From the NCBI GenBank assembly GCA_964568665.1, contig CAZMPY010000005.1, forward strand, positions 196,330-260,329: a DNA stretch of 64,000 nt. The letters are read 5' to 3'. This stretch comes from an uncultured Thermoplasmata archaeon. GTDB taxonomy: Archaea; Thermoplasmatota; Thermoplasmata; UBA10834. The notes under the pieces were generated by a model, which ran no database searches, had not been told where the DNA came from, and saw only the letters and a program-made list of their open reading frames with translations. The first letter of the stretch is position 1. Each line of letters starts with the position of its first letter. Of the stretch, positions 1 through 8,485 are shown in pieces. The translations under genes were made by a program, and so were the position numbers.

Positions 1-460
1 AGCCAATCCGTTGACGAACGAACCGACATAGTCGGACGAGAACTGGATGTAAGGTGATATGAACGGCACATTCGTGCTGAGCGCCGCCGACATGGCAGCT
101 GGGGCGATCGCGACCCCAAACACGTGGGACGGGAGGATGCCCGAGTCGAACCCGGTCATGACCCCGTAGAGGCACACCACCGGGACGATCGCAGCTATCA
201 CTCCCTTCCAAGGGCCTCCGGCCCTTCTGCCACCGACATAGCCTGCGATCATCTGACCGAACATCGGCAGCCACCAGAGCATGAGGGACAGGATGAGCAC
301 GTATTTCGATGCGCTCCAGAAGCTGTAGACCACATTCGTCGACTTGAACCGCTTGCCCTCGTGGTCGTGTTCGTAGGATGCGAGTTTGTATGGCACCTGA
401 CCGTTGCCAGGTGGCTGCTGCTCGTCACGAGCATCCTTTCTGCCGATGCCGAATACCATG
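1..460 (-). CDS. hypothetical integral membrane protein (3' end truncated by window start)
   Basis: Minus-strand frame is open from ATG at 460..458 to position 1 (MVFGIGRKDARDEQQ...LILSLMLWWLPMFGQMIAGYV...). Hydrophobic helices and GC3-rich codons. Not in the ORF track because it has no stop inside the window. Confidence 0.5.
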
Positions 461-778
461 CCCATCCCTTCTAGTCCGACGGTTGTCGGACGAAATACCA
501 TATGAAAGTCCCACGTATATATTGTTTTTCAGATGCTGGACTCCGGCTATCATCTGTCTGACGAGAATGCCGTAGGCATCCCTGGACGGACCTCGAGAAG
601 GAATCGATGCGGGGAGGCACGTCTCGAAGCGCATGTCCTCGAGCACCGCGGACGACATGCGAACACGCGCATGCTGTCACGCGTGATACCGGGACTAGCC
701 AACTTATATATGCACGGATTCTTTTTCACTCACGGGCAAACGGACGGGTTCCGCTCGTTTGACCGAGGCAGGGTTAGG

Positions 779-1141
779 ATGGCGAAGGTTCTGATTGTCG
801 AGGATGCTCCGTTCATAAGAGAAATGATCCGCGACATCCTCGAGTCCCACGACCACGAGATCGTGGGAGAGGCTGCGAACGGGCTCGAGGCCATTGAGAA
901 ATACAAGGCACTCAAGCCCGACGTCGTCCTGATGGACATACTGATGCCAGGCATGGATGGGCTTTCGGCGATCATGAAGATCGTCGAGCAGGACCCAAAG
1001 GCCAGGATCATCGTGGTCAGCGCCCTGGTCAAGGAGGCCCTCAGAAAGGAGGCCATGCGCGCAGGGGCCATCGACTTCGTGGCGAAACCCTTCCAGGTCG
1101 AGCGATTGCTGGAAGCCGTCAGGGCAGCGACGACAGCCTGA
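779..1141 (+). CDS. CheY-like single-domain response regulator receiver
   Basis: Internal Met of ORF 533..1141 (MAKVLIVEDAPFIREMIRDIL...DVVLMDILMPGMDG...IIVVSAL). Receiver-domain D/D/K pattern. AGGG-type RBS lies just upstream. Confidence 0.8.
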   Translation: MAKVLIVEDAPFIREMIRDILESHDHEIVGEAANGLEAIEKYKALKPDVVLMDILMPGMDGLSAIMKIVEQDPKARIIVVSALVKEALRKEAMRAGAIDFVAKPFQVERLLEAVRAATTA

Positions 1142-1215
1142 GGGGCGCGAAGGGGATCGAAGCTGAGCCACACATCCAGATGAATGACCCAGTTGCAGAT
1201 CGAGGTGGATGAGAC

Positions 1216-2559
1216 TTGATAGACGTGCCGTGGCTTGTCTTCGTCGGGGCGGGCGCGTTGTGTTTCGCCGCGGGCATGCTCGGCTGGATGAAGAACCCCA
1301 GGTCGAGCGCGGCCACCGTATTCATGGTGGCCATGATTTTCATATTCGTATCGACGGTCACGGCGCCTCTGATACCCCTGATCTCCACCGACCAGAGCGG
1401 CACCACGAACGTCCTGGCGAAGGCTTCCGCCGTATCGATCCTGATGGCTGACACGCTCCTTTGGCTGCTCTGCATCGTGTTCCCGATCGAGCGCAAGGTA
1501 TCGTTCAGGCCGGTGAACATCGCCGGTGTCTTGTTCGTCGCGGCCCCGATCGTCGCGCTGGTGCTCGGCCTGATGGTGGAGGCGGACGCGTCGAACCCGG
1601 ACCGCGTCTGGCTCGACGCGAACTCGATGAAGATACTCCTGATCAGCACGGCATCCGCGATGATCCTGACCATGGTCCTCGTGCTCTCGACGCGGAAGAC
1701 CGCGAACGACGCGCAGTGGCGCTCGGGCTCGGTCTTCCTTGCGGGCATGTGGATCTACGGCATCGGCGAGATCGGCTTCGCCGCCGGCAGCATGGGCGAC
1801 TCGATGCTGAGCGACTCGGCCGCCGGAATCGCAAAGCTCTCCCTCGCGCTGGGCATAGCCGCGTCCGGACTGATCTTCGCCTACTCGATCGCGCGGGGCC
1901 AGATGACCATGATGGCGCCTGTCGCGGAGGCCATGGCCTCGAGCGAGAAGGCATCGTTCAGACTCGAAGCTAGACATGTCTACATCGTCGAGGAGGAGAA
2001 GCCTGACCTCTCGTTCGAGATATTCACCGACATCCTGAAGGGCAGGTGCTTCGACTGCGAGAACGACAACAGCTTCCAGTGCGAGAGTCTCGAGTGCGCA
2101 TCCTGCAAGCTCCCGTGCCCCTGCAGGGAGTGCACGAAGTACAAGACGAGGCCACAGGGGATAATCGTCACGAGACAGTTCCCGAACGACGTACGCACGG
2201 AGCACTTCATCCAGACGACGCCCATCATATGGCTCTCCACGGTCGCTGGCAAGGACAACATGGACCCTGCCAAGCTCAGCCTGCTCACGGACTACCTCGT
2301 CAACTTCATGGAGAGGTCGCACAACAGCGTCGTGCTGGTGGACGGCATCGAGTACCTGGTCACGAGCAACGACTTCCAGAAAGTCCTGAGGTCCGTGGAC
2401 AGATGGAACGAGACCGCGATGACGAGCAACTCGAGACTGATCCTGTCGCTGGACCCGCGGGTCTTCGAGTCGAAGGAGCTGGCCCTGCTCGAGAAGAACA
2501 AGGAGATCGTGAAGCCCGAGGACAGGGAGCGGTGGCAGGTCTTCGCCGACACCACGTGA
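1216..2559 (+). CDS. polytopic membrane protein with C-terminal DUF835-like cytoplasmic domain
   Basis: TTG start at 1216 with GAGGTGG spaced 8 nt upstream. N-terminal ~240 aa form multiple TM helices. C-terminal ...IIVTRQFP...IWLSTVAGKD...VVLVDGIEYL... matches the DUF835 signature. Immediately downstream of the CheY-like gene. Confidence 0.6.
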   Translation: MIDVPWLVFVGAGALCFAAGMLGWMKNPRSSAATVFMVAMIFIFVSTVTAPLIPLISTDQSGTTNVLAKASAVSILMADTLLWLLCIVFPIERKVSFRPVNIAGVLFVAAPIVALVLGLMVEADASNPDRVWLDANSMKILLISTASAMILTMVLVLSTRKTANDAQWRSGSVFLAGMWIYGIGEIGFAAGSMGDSMLSDSAAGIAKLSLALGIAASGLIFAYSIARGQMTMMAPVAEAMASSEKASFRLEARHVYIVEEEKPDLSFEIFTDILKGRCFDCENDNSFQCESLECASCKLPCPCRECTKYKTRPQGIIVTRQFPNDVRTEHFIQTTPIIWLSTVAGKDNMDPAKLSLLTDYLVNFMERSHNSVVLVDGIEYLVTSNDFQKVLRSVDRWNETAMTSNSRLILSLDPRVFESKELALLEKNKEIVKPEDRERWQVFADTT

Positions 2560-2575
2560 GCTTTCAGAAAATGGA

Positions 2576-2688
2576 TGGTCCCGACTCCCGGATTTGAACC
2601 GGGGACCTGCTGATTTCAGCGACTGATATCGGTCGTACCGATTTCCATACTACAGTCAGCCGCTCTTGCCAGTCTGAGCTAAGTCGGG
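2576..2688 (-). tRNA. tRNA-Tyr (anticodon GTA) with ~35-nt intron after position 37; CCA encoded
   Basis: Acceptor stem CCCGACT/AGTCGGG with C1:G72 pair (archaeal/eukaryal tRNA-Tyr identity element). D-arm GCTC...GAGC, anticodon stem GCTGA/TCAGC, loop CTGTAG(G37), T-arm CCCGG-TTCAAAT-CCGGG. Intron TATGGAAATCGGTACGACCGATATCAGTCGCTGAA sits between nt 37 and 38. Confidence 0.8.
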
Positions 2689-2743
2689 TTGTCGCGGGCC
2701 AGCATCCAGGCCCGGTGCACCTTATCATGCAATCCATATAAAG

Positions 2744-2752
2744 CGTTTTTCA
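2744..2752 (-). promoter_or_regulatory. TATA box (TTTATATGG) ~55 nt upstream of tRNA-Tyr 5' end
   Basis: AT-rich box in otherwise GC-rich DNA, oriented toward the tRNA. Confidence 0.4.
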
Positions 2753-2930
2753 GAGGACGACTTCGTCCGGGCACCCACAGCGGCATTCGGAACGACGTTA
2801 CGAGCTGGCACACCAAGAATCCCCAAGTTTTATATATATACAATTTTATAAGGGGCTTGTCCGACGCTAGTAAGGCAAAAGAGGTACAGAAGGCGTCGCG
2901 AGGAAGGCGGGAACTGCGGGACGGTGACAT

Positions 2931-3167
2931 ATGACACATGAGTCCGAGAAGATCACCATCCGCATACCCGAGAGGCACCTGCGTGCGCTCGACTTCCTCG
3001 TCGAGATAGACGACTTCCCCTCGCGCTCTGAGGCGATCAGGGCCGGGATCAGGGACCTCATCTATGCCAGGCTGGAGTTGGTAGTCGACCGCATGAAGAA
3101 GTTCGAACACGCGGAACAGGCGCTTGCGGCCATCAAAACCTACGAGGAAACGTACCTCAAGAAGTAG
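2931..3167 (+). CDS. ribbon-helix-helix (CopG/NikR-like) DNA-binding protein
   Basis: KITIRIPERHLRALDFLVEIDDFPSRSEAIRAGIRDLI is a typical RHH beta-strand plus two helices. Preceded by a tandem TATA-rich region 2822..2850 (TTTATATATATACAATTTTATAAGG). Followed by an oligo-T terminator ~3237..3250. Confidence 0.7.
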   Translation: MTHESEKITIRIPERHLRALDFLVEIDDFPSRSEAIRAGIRDLIYARLELVVDRMKKFEHAEQALAAIKTYEETYLKK

Positions 3168-3289
3168 TCAGAATGGGATGGGATGCACTCTAACTACTCT
3201 TTCGGAGGCTTCAACAATCAGGATAACCTCCCCCCTATTTTTTTATTTCAATAAAGCCACGAGCTGGCGTTATCATTATCGATTCTGGT

Positions 3290-4048
3290 TCACCCGATGT
3301 ACCCCAGGTCCTCGCGCTTGGGCTCCGGCTGCGGCTCGCCCTCCTTGAGGCGGGAGGTGATCTGGTCGATCTGCTTGGCCTTTGCCTCGAGCTCGGTGAA
3401 ATCGAGCTTCACCCTCAGGATGTTCGCGAGCACCTCGAGCACCGCCTGGGCGCCCTTGGGGTCCACGAAGTAGCCAGAGGTCTCGCCCATGAGGCAGGCC
3501 GCGCGGATGTCGTAGAGCCGGCCTAGGCCGAGCAGCAGACCGCTCGCACCGACGATGCCGCTCCCAGGCTCGCCCTTGGAGAACGTGACACCTTGCGTCT
3601 TGAGCTCCTCGACCAGCGCCTCGTCCGTCGCCGCCCCGAGCACCCGCGGCTTCTCTATCATTCGGCCGAGGCCGTACCCGCCGAGGGTGTACACGCGCTT
3701 GACGCCGAACTCCTTGGCGACCTGGAGGGACCGGTCGGAGAGATCGTACTGCCCGTCCGGCGTGAGCCCCTGATAGTCGCCCACGAGTATGATCAGGTCG
3801 TTCTCGTCCTCTGGGCGCTTGACATAATACATCTCGTTGTTCACGAGCTTGATTATCCCCGAATCGTTCACTAGCACCTGCGGGGGGAAATGCTTGGATA
3901 TGATCTCGAGGAACTTGACCGCCTTCAGCTGGTCCACGAGGTGCTCGGCCGCCAGCTTGCCGACGTTGCCAACGCCCGGCAACCCCTCGACCAGTATCGG
4001 CTCTCTGAGAACGGGCCTCTCCTTGTAGACGAGGACGATGTCATCCAT
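3290..4048 (-). CDS. PAC2-family proteasome assembly chaperone (COG1938)
   Basis: EGLPGVGNVGKLAAEHL motif and ~250 aa length. Last gene of the conserved L44e-S27e-aIF2a-Nop10-COG1938 archaeal cluster. Start ATG abuts the Nop10 stop. Confidence 0.75.
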   Translation of the reverse strand: MDDIVLVYKERPVLREPILVEGLPGVGNVGKLAAEHLVDQLKAVKFLEIISKHFPPQVLVNDSGIIKLVNNEMYYVKRPEDENDLIILVGDYQGLTPDGQYDLSDRSLQVAKEFGVKRVYTLGGYGLGRMIEKPRVLGAATDEALVEELKTQGVTFSKGEPGSGIVGASGLLLGLGRLYDIRAACLMGETSGYFVDPKGAQAVLEVLANILRVKLDFTELEAKAKQIDQITSRLKEGEPQPEPKREDLGYIG

Positions 4049-4219
4049 CTATTGCCCCCCCGTCATCTCCCTCTTGAGCCTCCGCCGGTACTCGCCGTAC
4101 CGGTCGTCGGGGGAGTACTTTGCAGGCATGGACATGATGGTTGCCCCTGCGCACTTCGGGCAGGTCTCGCGCAGGGTGTATGCCCTGCATGCGCCGCACT
4201 TCCTAAGGAGGGTCTTCAC
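4049..4219 (-). CDS. nop10: H/ACA ribonucleoprotein subunit Nop10
   Basis: 56-aa zinc ribbon (V/M)KTLLRKCGACRAYTLRETCPKCAGATIMSMPAKYSPDDRYGEYRRRLKREMTGGQ. GTG start at 4219..4217 overlaps the aIF2alpha TGA stop. An ATG start would delete the first Cys pair. Too short for the ORF track. Confidence 0.8.
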   Translation of the reverse strand: MKTLLRKCGACRAYTLRETCPKCAGATIMSMPAKYSPDDRYGEYRRRLKREMTGGQ

Positions 4220-5001
4220 TTCTCTTCCTTCCTCTTGAACGAGATGGAACCACCGGATTTCTCGATCGAGGTCGTCACGCGGTCGACAGCGGCCTTCAGC
4301 TCCTCCTCTGCGACCTTGTAGTCCTCGGCGTTGACAGTGATGCGGTACCTGGGAGCGCCGATGTAGTGGATATTGACGTCGCCCGTGTCGGACTCGACCG
4401 CCTTGGCCAGGGCGGTCTTGACATGGTCGACCCCGTCAGGGAGCGGGTTCGTGATCTCGAACATCCCGTCGATCATGACCGACGGTGCCTGGATGTTCTC
4501 CTTGGCCACCTCGAGCAGGGCATCGGTCCAGCTCTTGTCGAGCCCCAGTGACCTCACGCCGTCGGGGTTGACCGCCGCGTCCTCGAACCCTGCGAACAGC
4601 GAACCGTACTCCTTGACCAGCGATGCGCCTACGACGTCGTAGGCCTCGTCGGCGGGCTTGTCCATCTTCCCCGCGATGATCTCCAGGAGCTTGTCCGCCT
4701 TCTTCTCGTTCTTCCACTCCTGTATCTTCTCACGGCGCTGGTGGTCGTTGACCGCCTTGAGGGAGAGGTCGATGTGGCCCTTCTCCTCGTCGACGCTCAG
4801 GACCTTGCAGACGGCCTTCTGACCCTCCCGCACGTGGTCTCGTATGTACTTGACCCAACCCGTTGCGACGTCGCGGACGTGTATGAAGCCCTCTTTTCCG
4901 CCGAACTCATCCAACGAGACAAAAGCGCCGAAGTTCTTCACGTTCTGCACCGTGCAGACGACCAGATCGCTTAGCTCTGGGAACTCGGCTTTGCGCGGCA
5001 T
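4216..5001 (-). CDS. eif2a: translation initiation factor 2 alpha subunit (aIF2-alpha)
   Basis: S1 domain at the N-terminus (ELSDLVVCTVQNVKNFGAFVSLDEF.GKEGFIHVRDVA), 261 aa, conserved cluster position. Confidence 0.9.
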   Translation of the reverse strand: MPRKAEFPELSDLVVCTVQNVKNFGAFVSLDEFGGKEGFIHVRDVATGWVKYIRDHVREGQKAVCKVLSVDEEKGHIDLSLKAVNDHQRREKIQEWKNEKKADKLLEIIAGKMDKPADEAYDVVGASLVKEYGSLFAGFEDAAVNPDGVRSLGLDKSWTDALLEVAKENIQAPSVMIDGMFEITNPLPDGVDHVKTALAKAVESDTGDVNIHYIGAPRYRITVNAEDYKVAEEELKAAVDRVTTSIEKSGGSISFKRKEEK

Positions 5002-5186
5002 TACTGGACCTCACCCAGGACCTGGCCTCTGACCAGACCCTTGCCGCCGGTCGGCTTGATCAGGGTGGCTCCACAGACATTGCACTTCACCTGAGTAGCA
5101 GGCTTGTTGAACGCAATCTGCTCGTTGCCGCAGTCCTGGCACTTGATGTTGATGAACTTGCTCTTGGGCGCTGGTATGCCGCTCAT
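5001..5186 (-). CDS. rps27e: 30S ribosomal protein S27e
   Basis: [43 protein letters not shown]4 zinc ribbon. GGAGG RBS 7 nt upstream of ATG 5186. The ORF-track N-terminal extension is rejected. Confidence 0.85.
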   Translation of the reverse strand: MSGIPAPKSKFINIKCQDCGNEQIAFNKPATQVKCNVCGATLIKPTGGKGLVRGQVLGEVQ

Positions 5187-5188
5187 TT

Positions 5189-5473
5189 TCAGGCCTCCTT
5201 GAGTTCGAAGGTCTTCGACCGGACGCAGGTCCTCTGGTGAGCCTTCTTGCAGGTCTTGCACCTGTACCTGAGCGCGACCTTGACCGTCGGTTTCTGCCTG
5301 CCCTCGTACTTGGGCCTGGGGAATCCGCCGTAACCAGAGGTGGCGCGCCTGTATCTCCGCTGCCCCCACTTGAGTTCGCTCCTCGGCCTAGTCTTGACCT
5401 TCTCGACTTCGTGAGCTGTGTGCTTCTTGCACTTCGGACAATACTCATTCCGGATTCTCGGCATCTTGACCAT
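5189..5473 (-). CDS. rpl44e: 50S ribosomal protein L44e
   Basis: [26 protein letters not shown]...[13 protein letters not shown]...RCKTCKKAH matches L44e. Start chosen at the Met that aligns with MKFPKRIRTYCP of homologues. Confidence 0.8.
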   Translation of the reverse strand: MVKMPRIRNEYCPKCKKHTAHEVEKVKTRPRSELKWGQRRYRRATSGYGGFPRPKYEGRQKPTVKVALRYRCKTCKKAHQRTCVRSKTFELKEA

Positions 5474-5676
5474 GTCTATCAGCGACCCATGGGGCAGGAC
5501 ACGAGTAAGAAGCAACTGGTATTAAAGCATTGCCGAGCACCTGAACACGTCCAATCAGTCCATCCGGAGGCCATCCTGACACGCCCAGGAGCATGGTAAC
5601 AAATCTGGTAAATATATATCATCGTAGATGGAAACCAATATATATGCGGTAATCAATAAATGGGTTCGGACATAAT

Positions 5677-6042
5677 ATGACGGACAAGGGGCTCTCTAAA
5701 AAGGACGAACAGCTCGTGGAGCTTCTTATGCGCACGGGGCTGTCAAAGAACATCGCCAAGACCATGGTCTACCTCAGAAAGAAGGAGGAGACCACGTCCG
5801 TCGAGATCGAGGGTGCGACCGGCCTGAGGCAGCCCGAGGTGTCAATAGCGATGCAGGAGCTGCGGAGGCGCAAGTGGGTCTCGAAGAGGGACATCAAGAA
5901 GGAGGGGAAGGGCAGGCCCGTCCACTCCAACAAGCTCGGTGTCCAGTTCGACAAGATCATCGAGATGATAGAGGCCGAGGAGCGCAAGAAGATCGAGATC
6001 ATCGAGAACTCTATCAAGCAGCTGAAGGAACTCGCCAAGTGA
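5677..6042 (+). CDS. small winged-helix transcription regulator (TrmB/ArsR-like wHTH)
   Basis: EIEGATGLRQPEVSIAMQELRRRKWVS...KGRPVH is an HTH plus wing, with a coiled C-terminus. AT-rich TATA-like boxes at ~5614..5650. Confidence 0.55.
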   Translation: MTDKGLSKKDEQLVELLMRTGLSKNIAKTMVYLRKKEETTSVEIEGATGLRQPEVSIAMQELRRRKWVSKRDIKKEGKGRPVHSNKLGVQFDKIIEMIEAEERKKIEIIENSIKQLKELAK

Positions 6043-6051
6043 CGGTGCGGA

Positions 6052-6726
6052 CTATCGCTTTTTCTCCAGCACCCTGATGCCACCCATTGACGCCACTATC
6101 ACCTTGCTCGTGAGACCGACGAACAGGCCGTTGTCCACCACCCCAGGGACGAGGTTGATGTCTGCCTCCATCCTCTTCGGGTCGTCGATCCTCTGGAACC
6201 TGCAGTCCGCGATGTAGTTGCCATTGTCCGTCACGAAGACCGAACCGTCCTTGGTCCTGAGCTTCGGGACGCACCCGAACCGCTCGAGCCGCCGCATGGT
6301 CGCCTCGTAGGAGAACTTGACGACCTCGACCGGCAGAGGGGCCTTCTGGCAGAGATGGTCCACGAGCTTCGAGTCGTCGACCACTATGACCTCCTGCCTC
6401 GTCGCTGCGGCGACGATCTTCTCCCTGACGAGCGCGCCGCCGAGCCCTTTGACCAGGTTCAGCCCAGGGTCCACCTCGTCGGCCCCGTCGATCGTGATGT
6501 CCACCTCTGGGAAGTCCTTGAGCTCGCCTATCCGGATCCCGACGGACCTCCCCAGCGAATCGGAGTCCCTCGATGTCGGTATGCCCACGATGTCCGTGCC
6601 GGCCTTCACCATCTCGCCGATGAGCTTGATGGCGATGCTGGCAGTGGACCCGCTCCCGAGCCCGACGACCATGCCGCTCCGGATGTCCTTCACGGCCTCC
6701 CGGGCGGCCATCTCCTTGAGGTCCAC
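6052..6726 (-). CDS. rpiA: ribose-5-phosphate isomerase A
   Basis: ...DLKEMAAREAVKDIRSGMVVGLGSGSTA...DGADEVD...GGALVREK matches RpiA. Start set at GTG 6726 (2 nt after the upstream stop). ATG 6711 is the alternative. Confidence 0.8.
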   Translation of the reverse strand: MDLKEMAAREAVKDIRSGMVVGLGSGSTASIAIKLIGEMVKAGTDIVGIPTSRDSDSLGRSVGIRIGELKDFPEVDITIDGADEVDPGLNLVKGLGGALVREKIVAAATRQEVIVVDDSKLVDHLCQKAPLPVEVVKFSYEATMRRLERFGCVPKLRTKDGSVFVTDNGNYIADCRFQRIDDPKRMEADINLVPGVVDNGLFVGLTSKVIVASMGGIRVLEKKR

Positions 6727-6728
6727 GC

Positions 6729-7502
6729 TCAGGGCCTCCTCTTCGGGCAGCCTGCACTCTTCCGTTTGATGCCGAAGTTCTCGGCCGCGAGCCTGCACAG
6801 CTCCTCGACGACGAAATCGTCGATGCGCTTGCCGCGCGCGGCGGAGGCGTCCTTCGTATCGCCTGAGATGCCTGCCTTGAAATAGGCCTCGGGATCGGGG
6901 AGCACCATGTACTTCGGGGCGGTGTTCCTCCCGGACGGCCTGTCGGGTCCGACCAGGTCGGGCCTGATGCCCAGCACGCGCGAGGTCTCGATGAGCCCGC
7001 CGTGCCCATCCGTCTCTGGGAACTCCTTGCCCCTGAGCTCGTAGGCGATGTCGTAGTCCGAGAGGACCATGACCCTGATGTCAGGGTACTCGTCGACCGC
7101 CCTCATCGTCCCCAGCCTCAGGGCGGCCATGTGCCCGCTCCCGGCGTGGCCCGTGAGGACCATGATCTTCCGGACCCCGTTCCTGGCCAGCTCGGAGACC
7201 ACATCGAACGCGAAGAGCTGGACGGTCTCGAAGCTGAGCGAGATGGTGCCCGGGAAGTTCCTCGTCGACCTGCAGTCGCCGTACCTCAGAGGTGGGCAGA
7301 CCAGGGCGTCCAGCTCCAGCGCCACCCTGCGGGCGACCTCCTCCGCCTGCATCGAATCCGTCCCGAGCGGCAGGTGGGACCCGTGCTCCTCGAGCGAGCC
7401 GACGGGCACGATCACGAGCGGGTCCTTCCTGACCATCGCGGCGAACTCCTTGCTCGTGAGTTCCTCAACCAGAACCGGCTGTCCTTTTCGTCTTCCCGAC
7501 AT
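6729..7502 (-). CDS. creatininase-family amidohydrolase (ArfB-like)
   Basis: LVEELTSKEF...VIVPVGSLEEHGSHLPLGTD...LTGHAGSG...GGHGG matches the creatininase fold. ATG 7502 is taken as start; the track's MGRNM begins at a GTG. Confidence 0.65.
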   Translation of the reverse strand: MSGRRKGQPVLVEELTSKEFAAMVRKDPLVIVPVGSLEEHGSHLPLGTDSMQAEEVARRVALELDALVCPPLRYGDCRSTRNFPGTISLSFETVQLFAFDVVSELARNGVRKIMVLTGHAGSGHMAALRLGTMRAVDEYPDIRVMVLSDYDIAYELRGKEFPETDGHGGLIETSRVLGIRPDLVGPDRPSGRNTAPKYMVLPDPEAYFKAGISGDTKDASAARGKRIDDFVVEELCRLAAENFGIKRKSAGCPKRRP

Positions 7503-7752
7503 GTTCCTTCCCACCGTCCCTGACCGTCTCGAGGTCGATGAAGTCAGAGCCGCATACGGGGCACTTCAGGCTCGACAGGGACGAGTCCCCGAACATGGCC
7601 CTCAGCTCCGCATCCGCCTCCGCGACCCGGTCCTTGGGGATCGTGCGGTCGCACCTCGGACAGTAATACACTTCACGCCCGATGGGGATGCCGATACATA
7701 AACGCGAGCGGGCGCGCGCCCGTGCGGATGAAGTAATATCCCATAGCCGCAT
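7465..7752 (-). CDS. hypothetical small zinc-ribbon protein
   Basis: YYCPRCDRTIP...(25 aa)...KCPVCGSDFIDL has two CxxC pairs. N-terminus is low-complexity. The 3' end overlaps the creatininase-family start by ~38 nt. Start uncertain. Confidence 0.35.
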   Translation of the reverse strand: MRLWDITSSARARARSRLCIGIPIGREVYYCPRCDRTIPKDRVAEADAELRAMFGDSSLSSLKCPVCGSDFIDLETVRDGGKEHVGKTKRTAGSG

Positions 7753-7771
7753 TACGGGGAGAGGGTCCGGT

Positions 7772-8455
7772 TTGAGGGTGTCAGCGCTTTTCTCGGGCGG
7801 TAAGGATTCGACCTATGCGGTGTACCTAGCCCAGCAGCAGGGCTGGGAGGTCTCGAGCCTCCTGACGATCGTGCCGAAGGCCGAGGACTCGTACATGTTC
7901 CACTTCCCGAACATCCGGTGGACGGCGCTCCAGGCGGAGGCCATGGGAATACCCATCAAGGTGCGGGAGAGCTCCGGGGAGAAGGAGAAAGAGCTCGACG
8001 ACGTCGAGGCGCTCATGGCGGCCGAGGATGTGGACGGCTTCATATGCGGGGCGATCGCCTCGGACTACCAGTGGTCCCGGCTGAACGGCATAGGCCACAG
8101 GCTCGGGAAGCCGGTCCACGCACCGCTCTGGCGCAAGGACCAGGTCCTCCTGCTCGAGGACATGGTCCATGCAGGGTTCAGGTTCATGATATCGGGCGTG
8201 TACGCCTACGGGTTCGACGAGACCTGGCTCGGGAAGATCATCACGGAGCGGTCGATCAAGGAGCTGGAGAGGCTGAGGGACAGGTTCAGCATCAGCCCGT
8301 CCGGAGAGGGCGGCGAGATCGAGACCTTCGTCCTGGACGCGCCGAACTTCTCGAAGGCCGTGTCCGTCGAGGAGGCCGAGGTCCGATGGAACAGGGACTC
8401 GGGCACGTACATGATCAAAAGGGCCGTCCTGGAGGACAAGACCAGGGGTTTGTAG
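7772..8455 (+). CDS. PP-loop ATPase, diphthine-ammonia ligase (Dph6/MJ0570 family)
   Basis: (M)RVSALFSGGKDSTYA PP-loop, ...EVSSLLTIVP...GAIASDYQ..., ~228 aa. TTG start at 7772 with GGGGAGAGGG RBS. The ORF-track ATG at 7682 would overlap the divergent gene. Confidence 0.7.
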   Translation: MRVSALFSGGKDSTYAVYLAQQQGWEVSSLLTIVPKAEDSYMFHFPNIRWTALQAEAMGIPIKVRESSGEKEKELDDVEALMAAEDVDGFICGAIASDYQWSRLNGIGHRLGKPVHAPLWRKDQVLLLEDMVHAGFRFMISGVYAYGFDETWLGKIITERSIKELERLRDRFSISPSGEGGEIETFVLDAPNFSKAVSVEEAEVRWNRDSGTYMIKRAVLEDKTRGL

Positions 8456-8485
8456 GGGTTTGGGGCCGGCTTGGCCCGTCCGGCG

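Noticed and set aside
730-2322. 530-aa minus-strand ORF antisense to the CheY and DUF835 genes
   Set aside because: Arg/Gly/Asp-rich low-complexity translation typical of antisense frames in GC-rich DNA. No domain signal. The sense-strand genes have clear homology.
6014-7009. Long Arg/Gly-rich ORFs antisense to the rpiA and creatininase-family genes (6014..7009 and 6355..6885)
   Set aside because: Composition artefact. Overlaps well-supported genes on the other strand.
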